Part shown: positions 55,956-64,000 of the stretch, one piece after another
Layout: each line of letters begins with the position of its first letter
Position numbering within the stretch: position 1 is the stretch's first letter
Source: an uncultured virus (IMG/VR IMGVR_UViG_3300042465_006787)
Taxonomy: Duplodnaviria > Heunggongvirae > Uroviricota > Caudoviricetes
Virus record (IMG/VR): IMGVR_UViG_3300042465_006787
Reading direction: 5' to 3' (one strand)
DNA: 64,000 nt
The notes under the pieces: model-generated
Told to the model about the DNA's origin: nothing
The model's database searches: none
The model's input: only the letters and a program-made list of their open reading frames with translations
Translations under genes and position numbers: made by a program

Positions 55956-56771
55956 ATGATTAAAATGTCCAAAATTATACGTGAAATTGAGGTTGGTGGG
56001 TTACCTAGTGAAAAACTTTTAGATTGGTTTTTAAAAAGAGTTAACCACACTTTTGTCTTTTTTGATACCGAAACCACCGGTTTAGATCGTAACCCAGCAG
56101 GTAGACCTGCTAACCAATTAACACAAATCGCAGCAATTGCGACTCAAATAAATGGTGAGACATTAAGATTTTTTGAATTAGGTAGATTTAATATTGGTAT
56201 TAAATTAAATGACGAAACTCTTCAACAGATGACTACCGAGCCAGACGCTCCAGAAGATGAAGAAAGTGACGAATATAAAAGATGGTTATTTAACACTAAA
56301 AAGGGCATTCTAAAATTTAATCACTATGATTTAGCAAATAGCGAATCATATGAAGAAGAAAGAAACGCATTAGAAAAGTTTGATGAGTTTTTAAAAGAAC
56401 ATGAAAACGTTACTTTAATTGCACACAACGCACCATTTGATTTAAAATGGATTCAATTCCACGAGATTTTTAAAGATAGCACCGATGAGATGATAGATAG
56501 TATCAATTTCTTTAAAAACTTCTTCTTCCCAATATTAAACACAATATCAAAAGATAACCCTGATTATCAAGCTAAACTAGATAAGTTCCCAGGCAAAGAA
56601 GGTGGTGCTAAATCAAATGCGTTAAAATCTTTAGCCACTGGGTTTGATGATGAGATAAATCAATTAAAGAAAAAACTCCAAGGTGCTCACAATGCTGTAG
56701 TAGATTGTGAAATCACGATGGAGATTTTTGAAAGAGGTTTATTAACCGTTTATCGTTACTTAAACGATTAG
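55956..56771 (+). CDS. DEDDh 3'-5' exonuclease (DnaQ-like)
   Basis: FFDTETTG, AHNAPFDL, HNAVVDC; start moved to ATG 55956 (55965 is an alternative). Confidence 0.85.
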   Translation: MIKMSKIIREIEVGGLPSEKLLDWFLKRVNHTFVFFDTETTGLDRNPAGRPANQLTQIAAIATQINGETLRFFELGRFNIGIKLNDETLQQMTTEPDAPEDEESDEYKRWLFNTKKGILKFNHYDLANSESYEEERNALEKFDEFLKEHENVTLIAHNAPFDLKWIQFHEIFKDSTDEMIDSINFFKNFFFPILNTISKDNPDYQAKLDKFPGKEGGAKSNALKSLATGFDDEINQLKKKLQGAHNAVVDCEITMEIFERGLLTVYRYLND

Positions 56772-59110
56772 TAATTAATTTTAGGTGTTATGTAGTCGAT
56801 TGATGATATATTATCATCTTTCTTCACCATAATAATATTATCCGACCAGTTTCTAATTAATGGGTTGTGTGAGATAACAAATATATGTTCGAAATAATTC
56901 TTAATCTTTTTAAAGAACTCACCAACCATTTCTAAATTTTCATCAGCTATCTTACCAAATACCTCATCCATTACCACTATGTTTGGTTTAGGTAACGAGG
57001 ATACTTTAGTTAATACACTTCTTAACGCTAGTGACGATATTGTTCTTTCATAACCAGATCCGGAGTTAAGTGGTTTAACTACTCTGGTTTCATTATCAAT
57101 CATGATAAATTCAACTTCGTTCTTATCGTTAATGTTCAACTCTAGTGTGAAGTATGAACTATCTAATAGTAATCGAGACAACTCTTGATTTAGAAGTGGT
57201 ATCATATTTTTTAATATGACTTTTGAAATACCATTCTTACCAAATACCATTAAGTATGTTTTAAACACTTGTAAGTATTCTTCCTCGCCCTTAATTTTTT
57301 CAATCAACTTAATATTGTTTTCAATCTTTTCTTTAAGATTGGTAATATTATTTTTATGTCTTTCAATATTATTTAAGGTTTGTTGGATATCAGCATTTGC
57401 TGTTTCAATCTTAGTTCTTAAAGTGATGATTTCTGCCTCAATCTTTTGGTTGTTTTCCAATTTAGATTTGTTACTATCATAACGGTCTAACTTTGATTGT
57501 TTAGAATCAATTTCAACTTGTTTTTGTTCAACCTCTAATTCGAATCTACTTTTACGAAGTTTGTTTCTTTCGTATTCGTCATATTCTTTTTTAATCGCAG
57601 CATATAACTTTTCAGCGTCGTTTGCTTCGGTGTATTGAGATTTTAGTTCTGTTTGTTTATCCTTTAAACCCTCAATTTCCTTTTTAATTTTTTCAATCTC
57701 ACTAGTGTGGTCAACCTCATCTAACGCTCTATGACATGTTGGACATACACTACCTTTCTCTAATTGATTAACTAAATTTTCATTACGTGTAATAGTTTCA
57801 CTCACGAGCTTACCATCAACAACAATTGAATTAACTTTGTCTTTTAGTTTATCGTGTTCTTCATCCAAATAATACTGCGATGGTTCTACAACACTTACAT
57901 CATTGCCTTGAGTTTTGCTAGATGTTTGAAGACGCTTAAGATCCTCAATCTCTCTTTGCAACAAGGTTGGGTTAGTTCTTATAAGGTCATCATCAATGTC
58001 GTTATTTTTTTGACCCAATATTAAATCTCGTCTATCTTCTAGATTTTTTAATGTATCTTTAAACCCATCTAAAGAAACCCCTAAATCAGTAATTTGTGTG
58101 TTAGAATTCCCAATTGAATCTTCAAACGTTTTAATCTGATCATCTAAATCTGTTTTGTTATTTGTATTTGAAACCAACTTCTTACTCCATTCGCTATACA
58201 TTTCTTTAGCAATATCCTCTTTTTGTTTTAAGGATTCTAACCCAAGAAATTTAGTGATGATTTGTCCTCTAGCAGTTGGTTTACTTTCAATAAGTTCTTC
58301 TAAGTTATAACCAGTTGTTAAAATTGTAGATAAGAAATCTTCTTCAGTTCCAATAGCGGATGTAATTAATATCTCTGTCTCTCTTCTTTGTTCACCAGAT
58401 AAATTAATCAATTCGCCTTCTGGTGATTTCTTAAAGAACTCCAAATCATTTTTAACCGTGTATTCACCTGACTTACTTTTTTTGCGAGTAATAGTTCTAC
58501 TGATAAGATAATCATCACCATCAATTGTAACCTCACCTTTTACCTTAACTTCATCTGAATCGGAAAACTTGTTGAATATCTCTCCGTTAGTTTTTGTTTT
58601 GGTTGTTGAATTAAAGAACAAAAACATCAATAAATCAACAGTTGCGGTTGACTTACCACCAAAATTTTTAGGTGTTGATTCAATTACTGTGATGCCGTCT
58701 AAATCCGTAAAATCAATTACGTTCCCTTCACCATAGGATAGGAAGTTTGAGAATTCAACCTTTTTAATAAACCATTTATTATATCTAACCTTGTTCTGAT
58801 TTAATTTATCAATTTCACCATTAACACGGTCATCTAAACGATTTATAAAATCCCATTTAATTGTTGACTGGTTCTCAGTTAAGAACTCCTTTACCAAGTT
58901 TTTTTGATATTGAGGGTCCAATATATTATCAGACGCCTCTAACGATTTCAACTTCGCATTGGATGAGTTGTTGATTGTCTTTGTAACAATCTTAACATTC
59001 GTGCTATTGTATTTGTTTTGGAAATACGATTTAACACGTTTGATTCTTTCTTGGGTAAGATTCTCTGGAGTATCTTCCCACTCAACTTTAATAAAAGGGT
59101 TATTATACAT
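56768..59110 (-). CDS. SbcC/Rad50/T4 gp46-like ATPase with N-terminal extension
   Basis: FSNFLSYG, NFGGKST, CPTC zinc hook, SGYE signature, VVMDEVF, VISH. Confidence 0.9.
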   Translation of the reverse strand: MYNNPFIKVEWEDTPENLTQERIKRVKSYFQNKYNSTNVKIVTKTINNSSNAKLKSLEASDNILDPQYQKNLVKEFLTENQSTIKWDFINRLDDRVNGEIDKLNQNKVRYNKWFIKKVEFSNFLSYGEGNVIDFTDLDGITVIESTPKNFGGKSTATVDLLMFLFFNSTTKTKTNGEIFNKFSDSDEVKVKGEVTIDGDDYLISRTITRKKSKSGEYTVKNDLEFFKKSPEGELINLSGEQRRETEILITSAIGTEEDFLSTILTTGYNLEELIESKPTARGQIITKFLGLESLKQKEDIAKEMYSEWSKKLVSNTNNKTDLDDQIKTFEDSIGNSNTQITDLGVSLDGFKDTLKNLEDRRDLILGQKNNDIDDDLIRTNPTLLQREIEDLKRLQTSSKTQGNDVSVVEPSQYYLDEEHDKLKDKVNSIVVDGKLVSETITRNENLVNQLEKGSVCPTCHRALDEVDHTSEIEKIKKEIEGLKDKQTELKSQYTEANDAEKLYAAIKKEYDEYERNKLRKSRFELEVEQKQVEIDSKQSKLDRYDSNKSKLENNQKIEAEIITLRTKIETANADIQQTLNNIERHKNNITNLKEKIENNIKLIEKIKGEEEYLQVFKTYLMVFGKNGISKVILKNMIPLLNQELSRLLLDSSYFTLELNINDKNEVEFIMIDNETRVVKPLNSGSGYERTISSLALRSVLTKVSSLPKPNIVVMDEVFGKIADENLEMVGEFFKKIKNYFEHIFVISHNPLIRNWSDNIIMVKKDDNISSIDYITPKINY

Positions 59111-60056
59111 TTTGTGTTTCCTTTGGAATATAGGTTAAAGAAATGATATTTTGTCCTGTGTAATTAATTGTCATCACATTTTCATATAATGATGCCGGGT
59201 TTTGCGTAATATCTTCTGGTAATTCATTACCACTGTAACCACCATATTTGTGGCTATTAAGTTTAATATTCTTATCCATGTTTATTTTAGTAAAATCCAT
59301 ACCTAAGTTTTGGAATGGTAAAGATAAGTGATTTAATTTCTCTTTTACCAAAGATAAACGAGTTTCTTCGTCAATATTTTTACTGTTTAAACGTTTATTA
59401 AAGAATTCATAACCACCAAACATTTTTTTTGCTTCGTTTAATAAGCGTTCTGTGTCTTTTGAGAAACTGAATTTTTTAAATAACACCTTTAAAAACTTAT
59501 CCTGGAATAAATCGTTTTTAAATAATTTATCTGCCCAGTTCTTAAAGTTTGTGGGGTATTTGTTTACCGTATTATATACCGCATCTGAAATATACAGAAG
59601 TTGTAATAACTCTTTTGATTCAAATAACTCAGGAAGATTTAATTCTTCTGAATATAACTCAATTAGATAATGTGCGGTACCAAACGGGTACTTACCAGTA
59701 TATTCTTTTACGGTTACACCAAACTGATAGTTAGGGTTTAAACAATTAACCAATCTGTCTTTAATTTCCTCGTAAACTTTAGGGCTTGTAATGTTATTAT
59801 GATTACCAACAGATAATACATCTGGTAAGAACATTTCAACGTCAACAAAAACATAATCACTTAACTTGTCGTTTTCATCGATACCATAAATGTTGTTATA
59901 TAAATCCGATACACCAACAACATCTAATCCTGTTAATCTACTAATAATAAACGCGGAATATAATCCGTCAGGGTCTAACTGTGCTATAATACCTTTTTTG
60001 GTTTTAGCAGTTTCCAACCATTTAATTTTTTTTACTTCAAATTCACTTGATGTCAT
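59103..60056 (-). CDS. DHH phosphoesterase-like protein
   Basis: DPDGLYSA, FVDV, GNH, KYPFGT, ISDA. Confidence 0.5.
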   Translation of the reverse strand: MTSSEFEVKKIKWLETAKTKKGIIAQLDPDGLYSAFIISRLTGLDVVGVSDLYNNIYGIDENDKLSDYVFVDVEMFLPDVLSVGNHNNITSPKVYEEIKDRLVNCLNPNYQFGVTVKEYTGKYPFGTAHYLIELYSEELNLPELFESKELLQLLYISDAVYNTVNKYPTNFKNWADKLFKNDLFQDKFLKVLFKKFSFSKDTERLLNEAKKMFGGYEFFNKRLNSKNIDEETRLSLVKEKLNHLSLPFQNLGMDFTKINMDKNIKLNSHKYGGYSGNELPEDITQNPASLYENVMTINYTGQNIISLTYIPKETQNV

Positions 60057-60076
60057 TTTTTGTTATTTTATTTATA

Positions 60077-60394
60077 TTATTTTATTCTACTTTCTTCAAA
60101 AAATTCAACTATTCCGTTTATAGCCCAGACGATGCCGGCCGTATACATACCATCAAAAAATATTGCTGGAATCCAATTAATGTCAAATATTTTAGTTGAC
60201 AGCCCGCCCAAAACTAATGATAAGAAAAATCCGCACCAAGTTGATGTACAAAGCATACAACCAACAAGATCTCCAAAAAATTTTGAGTGTCTCTTAATGA
60301 ACTCCCTAGGTTTATCGAATATTGATCCGTAAACAATTATTGTTGTCATACCGTAAGCCATAAAAGCCCAGAAAAATAATAATGTCATATTCAT
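60077..60394 (-). CDS. DUF1360-like membrane protein
   Basis: IFDKPRE...LVGCMLCTSTW; hydrophobic helices. Confidence 0.65.
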   Translation of the reverse strand: MNMTLLFFWAFMAYGMTTIIVYGSIFDKPREFIKRHSKFFGDLVGCMLCTSTWCGFFLSLVLGGLSTKIFDINWIPAIFFDGMYTAGIVWAINGIVEFFEESRIK

Positions 60395-60451
60395 ATGTTT
60401 TTACTAATATACTTTATTTACCACATAATAAAAAATAACCGTTGCCCGATT

Positions 60452-60973
60452 TTATTCGCCATACAAGTCATTTAAGTCGCTGTTTTTAAGGTACTTGGCT
60501 TTACCCATCTTATTCAACGCTGTGGTTATTTTATTTAAATCATTTGTGAGTTTTTGATTTTCCTCTGTTAGTTTTTGAATTGTTTTATCCTTTTCAACAT
60601 CTGGGATTATTTTATCTACAAAGACCTCTTTAATAACTTCTTTAGTTACAATTTGAGTTTCCCCTTTCGTTTTAACTGGAACTTCTTTTATAATTTCCAC
60701 AATTTTCTCAACAGGTATTTCTTTGATGACTTCTACTAATTTCACCACCTCTACAATCTTTTCAACAATTACTTCTTTGATAACTTCCTTCTCCACAATT
60801 TTCTCTTTACCCTGTACCCCATTAGGGGTTTCACCGTACTTGATGATTGAGAAACCTTGATTAAATATTCTTTTAGCAAATGATTGTTGATCCTCTATAT
60901 TGTTGAGTTTGCAGTATTGTATAAAATCATCATCCAAGATTAACGAGATGCTCTTTTTGCTCTTCGATATCAT
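60452..60973 (-). CDS. Hypothetical protein with V/I-E-K repeats
   Basis: EKIVEKEVIKEVIVEKIVEVVK low-complexity tract. Confidence 0.65.
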   Translation of the reverse strand: MISKSKKSISLILDDDFIQYCKLNNIEDQQSFAKRIFNQGFSIIKYGETPNGVQGKEKIVEKEVIKEVIVEKIVEVVKLVEVIKEIPVEKIVEIIKEVPVKTKGETQIVTKEVIKEVFVDKIIPDVEKDKTIQKLTEENQKLTNDLNKITTALNKMGKAKYLKNSDLNDLYGE

Positions 60974-61748
60974 TTATGTCTGTGATTTTAAAATGTAAAA
61001 ACGGTTGTTCAACTTGTAAGTTTTTAAACTCATATGTGTTTGTATTAACATCATAGACGCCATAACCATGATGATTAACTGTCTCACCGAAATTCTGTTG
61101 TATTAAAGAACCAATCATTACACCTTTACCACCGCTAGGTAATGTGAAGGTTTGTCTTTTGTGAATGTCGCCACATAGTAATAAATCTAAATCTCTAAAA
61201 TTTAATTGGTCATATGCATCTTCAAACTCAAAACCTAAATCAGTTGATAATCCTTGAATTGGTCCGTGAAATAATCCGATGTGTAGTTTACCTTCTTCTT
61301 TTTCAAATTCAGGTCGTTGATTATGTTGGTATAATGAATACACAACCCAATTAACATTATCATCTTTATAAACACCCATGTCTCTATAATAAACAATATT
61401 TTTATTGTTTAACAATTCTATAATAGGTGTTATGCTGTCTAAACGCTCGTGGTTATTCTCTAAGAAGTCGTGATTTCCAGGGATGATAACAACCATACCA
61501 TAACTTGATAGTTGATTTAAGAACCAACTAGTTAATAGTAATTGTTCGTTGGATATATTAATCTTTTGATGTGCTATGTCACCAGCAATTACAATGCGAA
61601 TTTCTTCCCATCGAATACCTTCTGAAGTCCATTGTGCAGCATGTTCACGTACTTCTTCAATTAACTTATCAAACTGTGTTTTATACAACTCGTGCATTTG
61701 ATATGTACGGATGTGTAAATCTGCGATATGAATTATTTTTTTTATCAT
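60930..61748 (-). CDS. SbcD/Mre11/T4 gp47-like metallophosphoesterase
   Basis: HIADLH, AGD, PGNHD, FHG, GDIH, GSLIQQNFGE. Confidence 0.9.
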   Translation of the reverse strand: MIKKIIHIADLHIRTYQMHELYKTQFDKLIEEVREHAAQWTSEGIRWEEIRIVIAGDIAHQKINISNEQLLLTSWFLNQLSSYGMVVIIPGNHDFLENNHERLDSITPIIELLNNKNIVYYRDMGVYKDDNVNWVVYSLYQHNQRPEFEKEEGKLHIGLFHGPIQGLSTDLGFEFEDAYDQLNFRDLDLLLCGDIHKRQTFTLPSGGKGVMIGSLIQQNFGETVNHHGYGVYDVNTNTYEFKNLQVEQPFLHFKITDINDIEEQKEHLVNLG

Positions 61749-62602
61749 TTTCTTGTGTATTTGCTTAAATCCATTCTTAAAATTGTTGAACTAATAACAG
61801 GCGGTACCTTATATTCAACATATGTTCCGTCGTCTTTTAATAATACAATTACACCACCTAGTAATTTTAAATCGGCATATTTTGTTCCACTTAACATTTT
61901 TAACAATAAACGAACATAAAGAGGTAGTTGTAAAAAATAATGACCTAATGCATTATCATGATAATCATTAAATGGTGGATACAATTTACCAGTATAATGA
62001 TGAACCTCGAAGTTTTTTGGTTGATTTGTTTTCCAATCAGTAATTACGATTCCGTAATTGGTGTTATCCTTATTCATCATTAACCAAACCTTATCTGGTT
62101 GTCCCGTATAGCCCAGCTCATTATCACCTAAAATAATTTCAGTATCTAATAGAACTGCTCCACGTTCAGCCATTAAATCTAAAAATGAATTACCAGCTTT
62201 AATCATGTTGTCGCCTTTAATAATTTGACTTTCATCACAATTGAAAATTGGTTCTCTAACCTCTTTATAACCACCATAACGTTGGATTGTCTCCGACTCT
62301 AAAACATAGTGAACACGACTACCCATATTTGTTGAGTAGTCCCCAGCCGCTCGCCATTCACCCAATAATTGTTGTTGTTTCGTCCTGTCACCTTTAGACA
62401 TTTCTAATGCTTTGGCCGGTGCGTCAAATGCTTTGTGAAATCTTTTAATTACTCTAGAAACAGATGGGAAGTCATCTCTGACAATACCATCAAGATCCTT
62501 CATATAATAAATGTGTTTGTCCTCAACAAAGGTGAGTTCTAATTCATTTCTTCTTTTAGTCAATAATTCATTTATCTCTAACGAGATTTCTTTTAAATCC
62601 AT
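61745..62602 (-). CDS. PD-(D/E)XK exonuclease-like protein
   Basis: PSVS, GSRVH, GQPD, DWKT, QLPLY. Confidence 0.8.
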   Translation of the reverse strand: MDLKEISLEINELLTKRRNELELTFVEDKHIYYMKDLDGIVRDDFPSVSRVIKRFHKAFDAPAKALEMSKGDRTKQQQLLGEWRAAGDYSTNMGSRVHYVLESETIQRYGGYKEVREPIFNCDESQIIKGDNMIKAGNSFLDLMAERGAVLLDTEIILGDNELGYTGQPDKVWLMMNKDNTNYGIVITDWKTNQPKNFEVHHYTGKLYPPFNDYHDNALGHYFLQLPLYVRLLLKMLSGTKYADLKLLGGVIVLLKDDGTYVEYKVPPVISSTILRMDLSKYTRK

Positions 62603-62603
62603 G

Positions 62604-63542
62604 TTACTTTAATTGAAAGGGTTTATAATTTTCTAATTTTCCTTGTAAGTCAGCGATATCTTTATCAATATCTAGTTTTACTATCCAAACTTTACCAAAT
62701 AATCTACCGCCATTTAATTTATGATATACTCTTTGTGCATCTTCCCACGCATCTCCATCTAATAATATCGTAATCCCGGTTGCGTTATCATATATCTTAT
62801 TGAAAACAAACTCACTAACAAATTTACCAAGTAATGGTATTGAGTTTGGTACGAATATACTGTCAAATGCGCCCTCAACAATGTTGATTGGTTTAGTCCA
62901 ATCAAGCAAATGTTCATTAAAAATCAAATCCTCTTTTCTGACATCTGGATTTTTATATTTTAATTTAGTGTTTGGGGCATATGATCTGGCAATGAAATAG
63001 TTTAACATTAAATCATGCCCATATGATGGGATTATGATTCTACTAGCGTATAAACCAGTGTATGCAAATCCTATTCGATATTTTTCAATCATTTCGTCAG
63101 TAATATTTCTACTACGTAAATAATTCATCGCCTGTTTATAGTAATGAGTTAATTTTAAACCCATACTAGCGTCTTTTAATGGAATGTACTCGTTTGGTAA
63201 CCTCGCAACCTTAGTTACTTTTCTTAATTCACCAATATCATCTGGTCTCAATAACTCATAACGTTTTGTATGTTTAGGTCGACCATATTTTTTGATTAAC
63301 TTATATAGCCCACCGTGAGTATCGTGTGTTTCACTACACGCCCAGCACTTATAAACCCCAAAACGATAGTTAATTTCTAAATTACCCTTACCATCCCCTT
63401 CATCTAACCCCTTTAACTCATACGAGCAGACAGGGCAGTCAAAAGATATTTGACACCTATAGTCATTGTGCATATGTGGTTCTCCCAATATGTCCTCTAA
63501 AAGGTCAACAATAGCTGAATAGTCGATTTCGGTTTCCGGCAT
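62604..63542 (-). CDS. DNA primase (zinc finger + TOPRIM)
   Basis: CPVC...CWAC, YL..R, RIIIP, KYKN, IVEGAFD, LDGDA; start moved to ATG 63542. Confidence 0.88.
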   Translation of the reverse strand: MPETEIDYSAIVDLLEDILGEPHMHNDYRCQISFDCPVCSYELKGLDEGDGKGNLEINYRFGVYKCWACSETHDTHGGLYKLIKKYGRPKHTKRYELLRPDDIGELRKVTKVARLPNEYIPLKDASMGLKLTHYYKQAMNYLRSRNITDEMIEKYRIGFAYTGLYASRIIIPSYGHDLMLNYFIARSYAPNTKLKYKNPDVRKEDLIFNEHLLDWTKPINIVEGAFDSIFVPNSIPLLGKFVSEFVFNKIYDNATGITILLDGDAWEDAQRVYHKLNGGRLFGKVWIVKLDIDKDIADLQGKLENYKPFQLK

Positions 63543-63570
63543 ATGCCTAATATATGTAAAATATGTGAGA

Positions 63571-63602
63571 AAAAAAAATCCCCTGGACACCACCCCAGGG
63601 GA
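63571..63602 (-). terminator. Intrinsic terminator
   Basis: TCCCCTGG-GGTGGTGT-CCAGGGGA followed by TTTTTTTT. Confidence 0.8.
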
Positions 63603-63648
63603 ACACCAACCAGATGTACATTTCTGTGCACCCGATTTGCTGTATTGT
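63571..63648 (-). ncRNA. Candidate ~75-nt small RNA (GAAA-capped hairpin + terminator)
   Basis: TATATTAG element at 63652-63659, hairpin 63608-63637, terminator stem 63579-63602 plus T8; no ORF. Confidence 0.4.
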
Positions 63649-63694
63649 ATACTAATATACGCTATTAATAATTAATAACAAAATACTAGTTGCC

Positions 63695-64000
63695 TTATTC
63701 TTTTAACATGTTAATATAGCCGATTACCGCTGTTGCAGCATCACTCATATCATAGTTTTCTTTTCTTAATGAACCGGTTTTACCATATAACCAAGTAACT
63801 TCTGGGCAAACAGCGTTTACGTGTTCCCAAACCACATGTTTCTTATCAATATCTTTAGGATAACCGCCAAATAGAACATTTCTACCTTTATCATTTGGAC
63901 CAACTAAATCTGGGAACGCAAATTTTCTTGCATTATATGTGGAAATAAATGTCGGAACAATACCCAAAATATCGTATACTATCTTGCAAATCATTGTGTT
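63695..64000 (-). CDS. RuvC-like resolvase, C-terminal part (start outside the window)
   Basis: ARK...DKK..VW...YDMSDA C-terminal acidic motif; next to primase. Confidence 0.55.
   Translation of the reverse strand, partial: NTMICKIVYDILGIVPTFISTYNARKFAFPDLVGPNDKGRNVLFGGYPKDIDKKHVVWEHVNAVCPEVTWLYGKTGSLRKENYDMSDAATAVIGYINMLKE

Noticed and set aside
61745..62602. Cas4 / CRISPR-associated nuclease
   Set aside because: PD-(D/E)XK motifs are present, but the Cas4 Fe-S cysteine set is absent and the context is replication/recombination.
63571..63648. tRNA gene in the GC-rich intergenic patch
   Set aside because: No cloverleaf, T-loop (TTCRA) or acceptor stem; only two hairpins.
1..64000. Stop-codon reassignment as in some large phages
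   Set aside because: Genes are full length in the standard code, and TAA, TGA and TAG all end genes at sensible, tightly packed positions.

Overview
AT-rich, densely coding window, almost entirely on the minus strand. It most likely comes from a large (jumbo) tailed dsDNA phage. This is inferred from the fibre genes, gp46/gp47-like nuclease pair, primase and phage-style small ORFs; no capsid or terminase gene is in the window. A Bacteroidota host is suggested by TAnnTTTG-like promoter elements, few or no evident Shine-Dalgarno sequences, a short RpoD-type sigma factor, an Hc1-like protein and D-[ST]-hydrophobic O-glycosylation motifs in exported proteins. Layout by position: (i) 1-5.2 kb, an operon headed by an unusual circularly permuted ATP-grasp / Hint / 8-Cys peptide fusion, followed by a 29-aa peptide ORF and oxygenase, sulfotransferase-like and SGNH enzymes that share a basic-then-hydrophobic C-terminal tag. 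(ii) 5.2-25.9 kb, a glycan/modification island with a PAPS module, three radical SAM proteins, a carbamoyltransferase, split TPP E1 alpha/beta, a tandem epimerase, GT7-LamG, GT2, GT10-like enzymes and a methyltransferase. (iii) 25.9-40.4 kb, virion fibre/adhesin genes: three LamG, three C1q-like, and a (Gly-Ser/Thr-Ser)n collagen-like fibre. (iv) 40.4-56.8 kb, redox, NusG, Hc1, acidic putative head proteins, amidase-like, sigma factor, spanin-like, ClpP and exonuclease genes. (v) 56.8-64 kb, recombination and replication genes. Non-coding highlights are two promoter classes, structured leaders, an mRNA whose 5' and 3' ends can base-pair, and a candidate ~75-nt small RNA. All family calls come from motif recognition by eye, not from database searches.
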